From: Anaerohalosphaeraceae bacterium
GTDB taxonomy: Bacteria > Planctomycetota > Phycisphaerae > Sedimentisphaerales > Anaerohalosphaeraceae
Assembly (NCBI GenBank): GCA_963675525.2
Contig: CAXXSL010000013.1
Coordinates: 224,001-288,000 of the forward strand
Reading direction: 5' to 3'
Length of the DNA: 64,000 nucleotides
Shown: one piece after another, positions 10,029-19,018 of the stretch
Position numbering within the stretch: position 1 is the first letter of the stretch
Layout: each line of letters starts with the position of its first letter
Program-made: the position numbers and the translations under genes
Notes under the pieces: model-generated
Databases searched by the model: none
What the model saw: only the letters and a program-made list of their open reading frames with translations
What the model was told of the DNA's origin: nothing

Positions 10029-11063
10029 ATGTTAAGTCCAATTACAAAACGCAAATCGTTAAATGAGATTGTAAAAAATGCATACGCTGAAAATAAGCGC
10101 CTCGCGGTCCCGTTAGTCGGTTTTCCGGGGTGTGACCTACTGGGCATATCCATCAAAGTGGCCCAGCAGAATCACGGCGTGCATTATAACTGTATCGAAG
10201 CGCTGGTCTATCAATTGAAACCCGACGCGGCGTTTATGATGATGGATTTATCCGTTGAGGCCAACGCGCTGGGGCTGCCGGTACGCTTTCCGATACACGA
10301 GTCCAGCACGGTAGAGCATCACCCCGTGGAAACCATCGAAGACCTCGACAAATTCCGATGCATCAACATCTTGCAGGATGCACGGGTGCAGTCGTATATC
10401 AAAACCGTTGAAATGATGCGAACGGGACTGCCGGACGATGTCCTCGTCGGCGCCTATGTCGTCGGGCCGGTCACCCTGGCCGGATTGCTGGGCGGCGCCC
10501 AGCAGATCGCGATGGACTCGGTACTGGACCCGGAGAAACTCGACGTGTTGTGCCAATTCAGCACCAGCATTATACAGGATTACTCACGGGCATTGATCAA
10601 CGCCGGCACGGACATGCTCTGTGTACTGGAACCGACGGCCGTTATTCTGGGGCCGAAGCAATTCGAACGTTTCAGCGCCGCCTATGTCAGGCACATCATC
10701 GAAAGTTATAAATACGCCGGCGTAGATACGGTTTATCATACATGCGGCAATACCATGCATCTGATTGAGGCGATGGCTAAATCCGGCGTGGCGGCCCTGA
10801 GTCTGGATTCACCTGAAACCGGGGTGGACTTGGTCAAGGCCGCCCAAAAGGCCGGCGAAGAGGTTGTCATTATGGGAAATATCAATCCGACCGCAGTCAT
10901 GAAAGACGGTTCGGTCGACGATGTCAAACAGGCGTGCAGCAAGCTGCTCAACGACATGAGAGACTATCCGAATTTCCTACTGAGCACCGGATGCGATTTG
11001 CCGCCGGGAGTGCCGCTGGAAAATATGCAGGCCCTGATGCAAACGGTCAGAGAATTCAAATAA
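10029..11063 (+). CDS. Uroporphyrinogen decarboxylase-superfamily protein (MtaA/CmuA-like corrinoid methyltransferase)
   Basis: DLSVEANALG, GPVTLAG, YHTCGN, MGNINP, LSTGCDLP (HxC...C Zn ligands). Confidence 0.85.
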   Translation: MLSPITKRKSLNEIVKNAYAENKRLAVPLVGFPGCDLLGISIKVAQQNHGVHYNCIEALVYQLKPDAAFMMMDLSVEANALGLPVRFPIHESSTVEHHPVETIEDLDKFRCINILQDARVQSYIKTVEMMRTGLPDDVLVGAYVVGPVTLAGLLGGAQQIAMDSVLDPEKLDVLCQFSTSIIQDYSRALINAGTDMLCVLEPTAVILGPKQFERFSAAYVRHIIESYKYAGVDTVYHTCGNTMHLIEAMAKSGVAALSLDSPETGVDLVKAAQKAGEEVVIMGNINPTAVMKDGSVDDVKQACSKLLNDMRDYPNFLLSTGCDLPPGVPLENMQALMQTVREFK

Positions 11064-11297
11064 GCCCCGCAAACACAATCAGAAAAAGCGTTGTAAGCCG
11101 TTGGCACAAAAAGCGTTTCGATTCTAACGGGACCCTTTCGCTCCGGTTTATGACAGAATCCGGAAAAATTACGGAAATATACATTTTCATATTTTTCGCT
11201 GGACAAGAGGCTTGCAAATGGCTATAGTGTTTGATTCTCATCATGTCGAGAACGTATACAAACACAAATTTAAACAGGAAATTTGGGAAAGTGAACA

Positions 11298-11537
11298 ATG
11301 GCACATAAAAAGGGACAAGGATCTTCGAGAAACGGACGAGACAGTAATCCGCAATATCGTGGTGTGAAAATTTATGGGGGGCAATTCGCCAAAGCCGGAG
11401 CGATCCTCGTGCGTCAGTGCGGGACAAAGTTTCATGCCGGTTTTAACGTGGGTATGGGCAAAGACTGCACTCTTTTCGCCAAAACAGACGGTACTGTCAA
11501 ATTCAGAGGCAAAAAAATCGATATTATTGAAAATTAA
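11298..11537 (+). CDS. rpmA: 50S ribosomal protein L27
   Basis: [16 protein letters not shown]...[13 protein letters not shown]. Confidence 0.98.
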   Translation: MAHKKGQGSSRNGRDSNPQYRGVKIYGGQFAKAGAILVRQCGTKFHAGFNVGMGKDCTLFAKTDGTVKFRGKKIDIIEN

Positions 11538-11587
11538 GGCCTTGAGACCGCCGGCCATTCGGCGGTTTTAGCCATATAGAGATATTT

Positions 11588-11622
11588 AAAGGGCTCTGGT
11601 TTAAAAATCAGGGCTTTTTTTT
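11588..11622 (+). terminator. Intrinsic terminator after rpmA
   Basis: GGCTCTGGTTT-AA-AAATCAGGGCT hairpin followed by a T run. Confidence 0.6.
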
Positions 11623-11863
11623 CGCTTTTTTGATACATACGGCAGCGACCAAACCGTAATATCGAACAAATACATCGAATCAATAAGCCAGATACTCGAA
11701 GTTCCGATAACAAGCTTGTTTTTATTGCTATTTGTTAAAAAAGCTAAAAAACGGTTTTTTTTTTATTTTATTCGTCAATTTTCACCCAAAATTGATATAA
11801 TATTATAGATTCATCAAGAAAAAGAGAAAAGAGAAAACCGAAGAAACATAAAGAGGTCGATTA

Positions 11864-12085
11864 ATGATTAAATTCAGTTGTACGAGTTGTGCGCAAACTT
11901 ACCGCGTATCGGATGAATATGCTGGTAAGAAGGTAAGATGTAAATCATGCAGCAGTGTTAACATAATCCCACAACCTGAAAAAGAAAAAGTAGAGTGCGG
12001 GGATAGTGTTGCAGCTTACAATGATCTGCTGCAAGAGTTACTGAAAGCAGAAAAACACTCCCCTACCGTAGACGTTGAGCCTTGA
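11864..12085 (+). CDS. Small zinc-ribbon protein (MJ0042-like CxxC...CxxC)
   Basis: MIKFSCTSC...YAGKKVRCKSC; GAGG RBS. Confidence 0.75.
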   Translation: MIKFSCTSCAQTYRVSDEYAGKKVRCKSCSSVNIIPQPEKEKVECGDSVAAYNDLLQELLKAEKHSPTVDVEP

Positions 12086-12233
12086 TTTTTGCCTCATTCT
12101 GATGCACCCCCTGTATTCTGATCGAGGAGGGTTGGGGGAGACGTTGGGGTATAAAAATTAATTTTCTCCATAGACTTTCGCCCATTTCCTTTCTACTATT
12201 TAATCTTTAATTTAACCAGAGACCAGAGAATCT

Positions 12234-12953
12234 ATGCGAATTGTCCGTTTTTACTGTGAATCTGTTGATCAATCCTGCATTCTGGACCCGATCGAGTCGA
12301 ACCATGCCAGCCGGGTCCTGAGGCTGCCGGTTGGTGCGCCGGTGGAAGTCTTTGACGGCAAAGGAACGTTGGCCGAAGGAACGATCGAGCAAATCAGCCG
12401 GGACAAAGTCGTCATCAAGCCCAGCCGCATTACACAGGCAACCGCTTGTGAACAGCCGAAGATCATTCTGGCGGTCAGTTTTGCCAAGGGACAGCGGTTT
12501 GACTGGCTGGTCGAGAAATGTACCGAATTGGGTGTCGATCACATTGCCGCGGTTCAATTTGAACGCACGGTCAAATTAGGCAAAGCAGAAACGGTACAGC
12601 GGCTGTCTAAAATCACGATTTCCGCCGCCAAACAATCGGGGCGTCTTTTCCTGCCCATCTTAACAGGTCCGGCAAAACTAAATGAAACCATCTCATTTTT
12701 GCAGTCCGAATATCCGGAAAGCATGCTCATCTACGGAAGCCCCGATGGGCAGGCCTTTTCCCAACTGACCCAACTGCCGCAGCCGGAAAACATCATTGTC
12801 CTGATCGGCCCGGAAGGCGGGTTCACCGAACAGGAAGCCGAATACTTTGACGGCCTGAAAGCCCGGCCTGTCTGTATCCATCCCAATATCCTTCGGGTTG
12901 AAACAGCGGCGGTCGCATTCTGCTCGCTTCTGTCCTGGGCATACATATCGTAA
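12234..12953 (+). CDS. rsmE: 16S rRNA m3U1498 methyltransferase
   Basis: HASRVLRL, EKCTELGV, AAKQSGR, IGPEGGF, ILRVETAA. Confidence 0.95.
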   Translation: MRIVRFYCESVDQSCILDPIESNHASRVLRLPVGAPVEVFDGKGTLAEGTIEQISRDKVVIKPSRITQATACEQPKIILAVSFAKGQRFDWLVEKCTELGVDHIAAVQFERTVKLGKAETVQRLSKITISAAKQSGRLFLPILTGPAKLNETISFLQSEYPESMLIYGSPDGQAFSQLTQLPQPENIIVLIGPEGGFTEQEAEYFDGLKARPVCIHPNILRVETAAVAFCSLLSWAYIS

Positions 12954-13063
12954 ATCGTTCTGACTTTTCAGCTGTAAATTTCTCTTTAACTGTTTTTTTG
13001 CACCAACCCGAACTCCGTTTCATCGTATTAAAGATTGAAAGGGTTTAATATCGGGAGCGGATT

Positions 13064-13831
13064 ATGGACAAGTACGAAAATGACAGCCGAGCCGAGGAAT
13101 TAACCTGTTTTTTGATGAAACTCGATAAATCCAGGAACGTGGCGGGACTTCGCAAGCAGGCCAATCGCCTGATCTCGCATGTCACCCCGGACGATATCGA
13201 AAAAGCTGAAAGCAAGCTGGTTCAGATCGGTCTGCCGGTCAAGAAAATCCAGCAGCTTTCAACCTCGTTTGTTCTCATGGGTATTCTTGAAGGGAATGCC
13301 GACGCGCTGCAGCCTCGCCTGCCGGAGAGTCATATCCTGCGAAAAGTGATGGCCGAACATGAGATGATGCGATGTTTTATCGCGGACCTGGAAGATGTCG
13401 CATCTCGAATTCAGCAGAAAGAAAAACTGTCGCCCACCAGCAGCGAGTTCATGCGCCTGTCGCATATTACCGAACACCTGAATTCCCTCGAGGAACATAT
13501 GGACCGCGAAAACGACGTGCTGTTTCCGGTCTTAAGAGAACTCGGGTGGAAGAGCCTGTTCGACCATGTCGAAAGCGAACACACCTATATTCTCATGTCC
13601 GTTCGGGATCTGGTCAAGCTCGTTATGGCGTTTGATAAGATGCCGTTTAATAACTTTAAAACCCGCCTGATGGCCACCGTGCGCTATCTCGGGCCGATGC
13701 TGCGAGAGCACCTGTTTCGGGAGGACCGGGCGATCTTTCCGCTGGCCATATCAATGGTTCAGGATGAAGCCGTCTGGAAAAAACTGCGAACCATCTGTAA
13801 CGAGATCGACTACTGCGGCATCCATCTGTAA
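13064..13831 (+). CDS. Hemerythrin-like cation-binding (DUF438-type) protein
   Basis: HILRKVMAEH, HMDRENDVLFP, EH, HLFREDRAIFP, C-terminal EIDYC. Confidence 0.75.
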   Translation: MDKYENDSRAEELTCFLMKLDKSRNVAGLRKQANRLISHVTPDDIEKAESKLVQIGLPVKKIQQLSTSFVLMGILEGNADALQPRLPESHILRKVMAEHEMMRCFIADLEDVASRIQQKEKLSPTSSEFMRLSHITEHLNSLEEHMDRENDVLFPVLRELGWKSLFDHVESEHTYILMSVRDLVKLVMAFDKMPFNNFKTRLMATVRYLGPMLREHLFREDRAIFPLAISMVQDEAVWKKLRTICNEIDYCGIHL

Positions 13832-14025
13832 AAAACGCCTGCGGCAAGAAGAATAACTTACCACAGGCGGCAGAAGGAGCCTTGGTAGATATTCTTAGGA
13901 TTTTCTTTTTGGTTTTACGCTCTATATCTCAATACCTTCAATAGACCCCTTCTATTTAAGGCACCCATCCGTAGCCGGGTGCTGTCGGGATTTACCGATC
14001 TACACACAAGAAGTAACCCGTTTTT

Positions 14026-14559
14026 TTAATTTTCTTGTTCAAGCATTGGTTCCAGCCGTTGAAGCTGCTGGTAAAAATTGTCAATCCGGGTTTCCATCGA
14101 GTTGTTTGCCATAGATGCACTGGCGGAACTCAAATTCATTAAGGCCGCTAATCGTTGAAGCCCGATATTGGTTCGCAACGTGTTTGGGTCCTTAATCAAC
14201 ACAGAGTAATCCAGCGATTGATAAGGTACAGCAAACGGTTCGGCAGGCCGCGGGGGGCGGTGAATTTTTAGGTCCTCCCGGAGTTCAAAGTTTTGTCCGG
14301 GAAGCTGAACCGGCATTGGTTCCAGATTGTATTTGTTTTCTAATACGCTGATCGTTTTTTCCAAATGCCGTCGAAGCCATGCTGTCTGTTGGGAAAGTTC
14401 ATGGCACCGCCGGTATTGTGTTTCGGCTGCGAAGGCCAACGAATCTGCGGCGTTGCGAGTAATTGTGTTTTGCTTGGATAACTGTGTGGCACGATACAAT
14501 AACACCGACTGTACCACAGCGGCAATGACCAAAACAGTTATTACAATATTTTTTCGCAT
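14026..14559 (-). CDS. Hypothetical protein with N-terminal membrane anchor
   Basis: 177 aa, AAGGA RBS, third gene of a tightly spaced minus-strand unit. Confidence 0.65.
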   Translation of the reverse strand: MRKNIVITVLVIAAVVQSVLLYRATQLSKQNTITRNAADSLAFAAETQYRRCHELSQQTAWLRRHLEKTISVLENKYNLEPMPVQLPGQNFELREDLKIHRPPRPAEPFAVPYQSLDYSVLIKDPNTLRTNIGLQRLAALMNLSSASASMANNSMETRIDNFYQQLQRLEPMLEQEN

Positions 14560-14575
14560 AACATGTCCTTTTGTT

Positions 14576-15067
14576 TTATTTAAAAACAGGTGTTATCGCC
14601 AAATAAGTGATTGTGTTAAGCAGACCCACAATAGCACCGGCTAAAAACGCCCGCCGAAGCGTAATCTTAAACAGCATTCTCCATGACAGAACATTCAGGG
14701 ACACAAACAGCACAAACGCACAGAAAGACAAAAATAATAGTGGGTCTGGCCGAAAAATAAAAAAATTGTCTCGTGCGGTGAAAAAATTAGCCGAATGGGA
14801 CAAGTTTGTTGTAATACCGGAAATAACTATGCCGGGAGCGACAACCAGAGCAAGATAGACCGCAAGTTTCCAGAAAGCAAATTCTTTGAATTTCCGGAGA
14901 ATCCAGCAACCGGCGAGGAAAGAAATCCCACCTACTATCAAATATAAATAGATAGCCACAAGAGAGTACCGCATACGCATTATTGGCGGGTACACTAGGA
15001 GTCCGAGCAACCCTAATACAATGCAGGCCGATAGGCTCCAAGGCCAGTAAATATTGTCCTTTTTCAT
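14576..15067 (-). CDS. Hypothetical integral membrane protein (about 5 TM segments)
   Basis: 163 aa with several hydrophobic helices; starts 15 nt after the upstream stop codon. Confidence 0.7.
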   Translation of the reverse strand: MKKDNIYWPWSLSACIVLGLLGLLVYPPIMRMRYSLVAIYLYLIVGGISFLAGCWILRKFKEFAFWKLAVYLALVVAPGIVISGITTNLSHSANFFTARDNFFIFRPDPLLFLSFCAFVLFVSLNVLSWRMLFKITLRRAFLAGAIVGLLNTITYLAITPVFK

Positions 15068-15082
15068 ACTATTCCTTTCCGT

Positions 15083-18000
15083 TTAAGGGTTTGAACGTAT
15101 TCTAAAGTTTTGTGGATCGCCTTGGCCTTTTATCCGGTAATTATAGGCCGGATCGTCGGGACCGAAGCTATCCTGTTGCCATATTGCCTCTAAAACCGCC
15201 CAATATAATTCTTCTCCATTACCGAGAGCTTCCCATTCTTGACGGCTGAATTGTTGGAAGTCGGTTTCAGGCCAAAAACGGGACCAACTTTCACAGAACC
15301 ACCCTTGATAAAATCGGCTTTCACTGGTATTTGTCAGTCCACATGCAACACTCATATCATTATGCACAAAGTCGAAAAGGCTTTGTTCTCCACTTCCGCC
15401 CCACATCAAAAGGCCGGTGCCAGAGTCAATGGTTAAATGTGCTCCTAAGCAACTGTCATTAAAGAAAAAGCGAAGATCGGTAAACCCCATTGTAACAAAA
15501 CTTTTCAACGTTGTTTCTTTACGTCCCGGCAAAGGGTCCTTGCACCATGTAGGGGGTGTCCCCACAAAGTCACTTGCTTTGGCAGATACACAATCCACGT
15601 CGGCCAGTGCAACAAACGTTCTAAGTACGCCATTCATTCCGTCTTGTACTGCTGAATTTCCATGTGAATCAATGTAAAGGTATTTAAGTTGTGGGGCATA
15701 TTTAGCAATATTTGCGTAGGTTGCGGCCTTGCCGTTTAATCTCAAATATTTTACTCCTCTGTTTTCAAAGGCCGTTTTAACGGCATTGTAAGTTGAGCCG
15801 TTTCTCCAACTCAAAGACCGATACGGCGTAACGATCAATGCTATGATATTCGGGTCCGGCGTCGAGAGTGCGGGCAGTGCTGCGGTAGTTGTTTTTAAAA
15901 CATTCGCCCCGCTATTCGATCTAAATTCAACGGTTCCAATACCATAATCAGTTGCGATATTGGCCGGAATAGAGCCGCTAATTGAATTTCCGTCAAATAC
16001 CTGTGACCATACTAATATGCCACTGTCTGCATAGACATTTATCGACGAGGCAACATTGGGTTCTGTTGTGTAAGCCGCAAACGGTATTGGTTCGTTAGTC
16101 TCATAACTGTCTGGCAGGATACAGTAACTTAATGTAGATGGAAATGTAATGTCTGTTAAATGGGAGGCTGTGATATGACCATCGTAATCCATTGCGATCA
16201 ATTTCAGTTGTTGGGGCAAGCTCCCACATTCTGAAATATCAATCTCCAAAGGCCGCTCGTCATTCAAAACAGGTATTTTTCCGACATATCGACCACTGAG
16301 AAACACAAAAACGTCTTGTATTTTTGGGGTCAACCCATCGGCATCAACTTCAATCCATCCGTTATCAGGGTCGCCGGAAATTATCGGAATAATATTGGGT
16401 TCAGCCGGTGCTGCTTTCCATGTTTGAGCCATGATTGCAAAATCAGCTAAATCCACATAGCTATCATCATTCCAGTCCCCACCGAACGTGACAAAATTCG
16501 GGTCAATCCAAAGTTCGGGGTGATTCGGGTCGTAGATATACAGGTTCGGGTTAATATAGCCCGGACTGTTTGGCTCAAACGGTGAATACTCTAACCAATA
16601 ATCGCTAATCTCAATCAAGTCGTCAATATCAGTACCCGCAATCCCTTCGCCGCCGACATAATCCCACATTGAATGATGAAAGCCAAGGTCAACTATATCC
16701 TTGTCCGGGACATTATCAGCATTCGTCTTGGTGCCGATCAATTTACTCCGCTCGATGTACTGCAATCCAGCGTCCACAAAATCCGCATCGTCAATAAGGT
16801 AGTGGTGTTGGTATGGGTCTAAGATGTAAGGATAATATGGGTTGGTTTCCGTGACAACCGGATTGTATTCGTCGAATTCCCAATTCTTGTTGTAATCATT
16901 GTCAAAGTATCCTGTACTGATAACCAAAGCGTACATAGCACCATCGACCAAATTCAAGCCGTAGTTGTCATTGCTGGTTACGATATTGTTGGTTAAATAT
17001 ATCGTCGGGATACCAGAACTATTTGGATCCGCCACACCATGGACGGTAATACCACAACACGTATAACCATAACCATCGCAAGTATTGTGTTCAATTTTGG
17101 CGGCATGGTTCAAATCAGCAAAGCCATTCGGGTCAGGGCATAATTCGATTTCAATAGCCGCTTGGTCCTGATAGAAACACAGGTTGTTGCGAACATCGGT
17201 CAGCAAAGGTCCATACTCATAGACTCCCCACACATTGCCGAATAGGTAATTGTTTTCGATGGGTTGACTCAAACGAATGTTATTCGTTATTACACCTCCG
17301 ATTGCACCCTCTATCATACAATACTGTATAGTCGTTAGCGGCGAAGCGGTTTCTTCAACATAAATCGGGCAGTGATAGTAAGGACCATAAGAACCATAGA
17401 CTTGCCAATAATAACCGATATTATCCGGGCAGTCAAAGAAAACCCAATCCGGGGTAAAAACAATCGGTTTGTCTGGTGTACCTTTGGCAATTAAAGTACC
17501 ACCATCACTGACATGCAACCCGGACTGATACCCCATGATAACAGTTGTACCCGGTTCAATCACAAGCAAAGAATTAACATCGACGATGTACCAGTTGTTC
17601 GGGTCACCCACGATATAGTAAATATTGTTCGCGTCCCACACATGATTTTCTGTAATGTCTGAATCAATGACATAGACATTTGGTTCCGAATCAAGCATTT
17701 CTAACATCGCAACTTGTTGGGACCATTCGGCGAAACTGTCCACCTCATCACGCATCAAACCGCTTGAAGCAGCAGGACATTGTAAAAAGACAGGTTCTGG
17801 CTCATTCGGTTCTATTACAGGCGGTAATATCATGGATTCGCTGTCAAAATCCAGTGATTCAAGGGAACTGGCCTCAAGCGATTCGGTGGTTGATTTCTCC
17901 TCAAGTGGCGGCTCATACGAAAGCGAGTCATAGTTGACACCAAAAACCACAACTCTGTCATCATCCATGTCAAACAAGATAAGTTGATAGATTTCAGTAT

Positions 18001-18448
18001 CAGCAGGAACCATTTGATTATTTATTGTGAGAGACTGATTAGTCGTTAAGCCAATGATTGCTGCAACGGAATCATACTGAAATTCAAAATAAATGTCACC
18101 GATGCCGGTAAGGTCGGAAGTTTGAATGTTAACTGTCTCTTTTTGAAGAAGTTGTGACGAAGCGAACGATTTGCCGGCCGGGTCCTCGCATAAAAAAACA
18201 CCGCCGGTAGCTGACAGCGTTAAATCATAACTCGTTTCTGCTGAATCGGAATCGACCAAAGCAATCTCCATTGATTCGTTGCTTTTTAACTCCAGCGGAA
18301 AAACAGCAGGATCGTTCCCATTTACAGTCAAGTCAATACTTCCATAGACCGTTGAACAAACAAGCAAAGTGAAAATAACTGAAAAAAGTGTTGTTCTCTC
18401 CGTCATTTTCCTCCCAAATGGCTTGGTGCTTCTAGTTAAAGCCTTCAT
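15083..18448 (-). CDS. Large secreted multidomain protein: beta-helix region, dockerin-like motif, clan CD peptidase-like C-terminal domain
   Basis: Signal peptide; LVIEPGTTVIMG...LIAKGTPDKPIVFT beta-helix entry motif; GDWNDDSYVDLADFAIMAQTW; YLYIDSHG and FFFNDSCLG; GGAGG RBS before the ATG at 18448. Confidence 0.75.
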   Translation of the reverse strand: MKALTRSTKPFGRKMTERTTLFSVIFTLLVCSTVYGSIDLTVNGNDPAVFPLELKSNESMEIALVDSDSAETSYDLTLSATGGVFLCEDPAGKSFASSQLLQKETVNIQTSDLTGIGDIYFEFQYDSVAAIIGLTTNQSLTINNQMVPADTEIYQLILFDMDDDRVVVFGVNYDSLSYEPPLEEKSTTESLEASSLESLDFDSESMILPPVIEPNEPEPVFLQCPAASSGLMRDEVDSFAEWSQQVAMLEMLDSEPNVYVIDSDITENHVWDANNIYYIVGDPNNWYIVDVNSLLVIEPGTTVIMGYQSGLHVSDGGTLIAKGTPDKPIVFTPDWVFFDCPDNIGYYWQVYGSYGPYYHCPIYVEETASPLTTIQYCMIEGAIGGVITNNIRLSQPIENNYLFGNVWGVYEYGPLLTDVRNNLCFYQDQAAIEIELCPDPNGFADLNHAAKIEHNTCDGYGYTCCGITVHGVADPNSSGIPTIYLTNNIVTSNDNYGLNLVDGAMYALVISTGYFDNDYNKNWEFDEYNPVVTETNPYYPYILDPYQHHYLIDDADFVDAGLQYIERSKLIGTKTNADNVPDKDIVDLGFHHSMWDYVGGEGIAGTDIDDLIEISDYWLEYSPFEPNSPGYINPNLYIYDPNHPELWIDPNFVTFGGDWNDDSYVDLADFAIMAQTWKAAPAEPNIIPIISGDPDNGWIEVDADGLTPKIQDVFVFLSGRYVGKIPVLNDERPLEIDISECGSLPQQLKLIAMDYDGHITASHLTDITFPSTLSYCILPDSYETNEPIPFAAYTTEPNVASSINVYADSGILVWSQVFDGNSISGSIPANIATDYGIGTVEFRSNSGANVLKTTTAALPALSTPDPNIIALIVTPYRSLSWRNGSTYNAVKTAFENRGVKYLRLNGKAATYANIAKYAPQLKYLYIDSHGNSAVQDGMNGVLRTFVALADVDCVSAKASDFVGTPPTWCKDPLPGRKETTLKSFVTMGFTDLRFFFNDSCLGAHLTIDSGTGLLMWGGSGEQSLFDFVHNDMSVACGLTNTSESRFYQGWFCESWSRFWPETDFQQFSRQEWEALGNGEELYWAVLEAIWQQDSFGPDDPAYNYRIKGQGDPQNFRIRSNP

Positions 18449-18497
18449 AGTTACCTCCAACTCCCTGATTTTAATGTAAAACTCCAGTTAAAGAACG

Positions 18498-18525
18498 ATT
18501 TTATGCTTATTTTTAAGCCCGTCAA
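18498..18525 (-). promoter_or_regulatory. Sigma70-like promoter for the large secreted protein
   Basis: TTGACG-16nt-TAAAAT. Confidence 0.5.
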
Positions 18526-18965
18526 GCTGTTTTTTTACCTGCTTTCTTTTTCAAAATCCGGGCTGCACGGATAAAAGAGTCCCTCTACCTCAATACTCTT
18601 TCAGCAGCCCGGCGTCATTTTTGTTTCCAAAGAATGTCGGGCTGGTACGATGGAAAAAGGGTACGCATACCAGCCCGACGCCGCATGGTGAATGCGGTTT
18701 TGAAGGAGCTTTCATTTTAATTTTCACAGAGCATCTCTATCAGAGCAGCGGGGAGTTTCCAGAAATGAAAAAACTCAAAGGCGCTACTCAATCATGCCCG
18801 CCTGAGGCCCAGCAAGGCCTGTACAGAACACAACAAGTAGCGCCTTTGAGTTCTATTGTGAACACACGAAAAAGGCGCTTTCCCGTCTTACGTCTCTGTA
18901 CGTTGAAATTTGCTGGTTTCAGACGAAACGCTGACAGTTCAGCTAACTATCAATTGTCGAATACC

Positions 18966-18995
18966 ATCATAAATAAACAGCATACAAAAAGTCAA
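18966..18995 (-). promoter_or_regulatory. Sigma70-like promoter upstream of the structured non-coding region
   Basis: TTGACT-18nt-TATGAT. Confidence 0.55.
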
Positions 18996-19018
18996 GCAAA
19001 AAATGGAATTCCGCAGGA

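Noticed and set aside
18725..18750. Hammerhead-like CTGATAG...GAAA on the minus strand
   Set aside because: Does not match the CUGANGA core, and the flanking stems are missing
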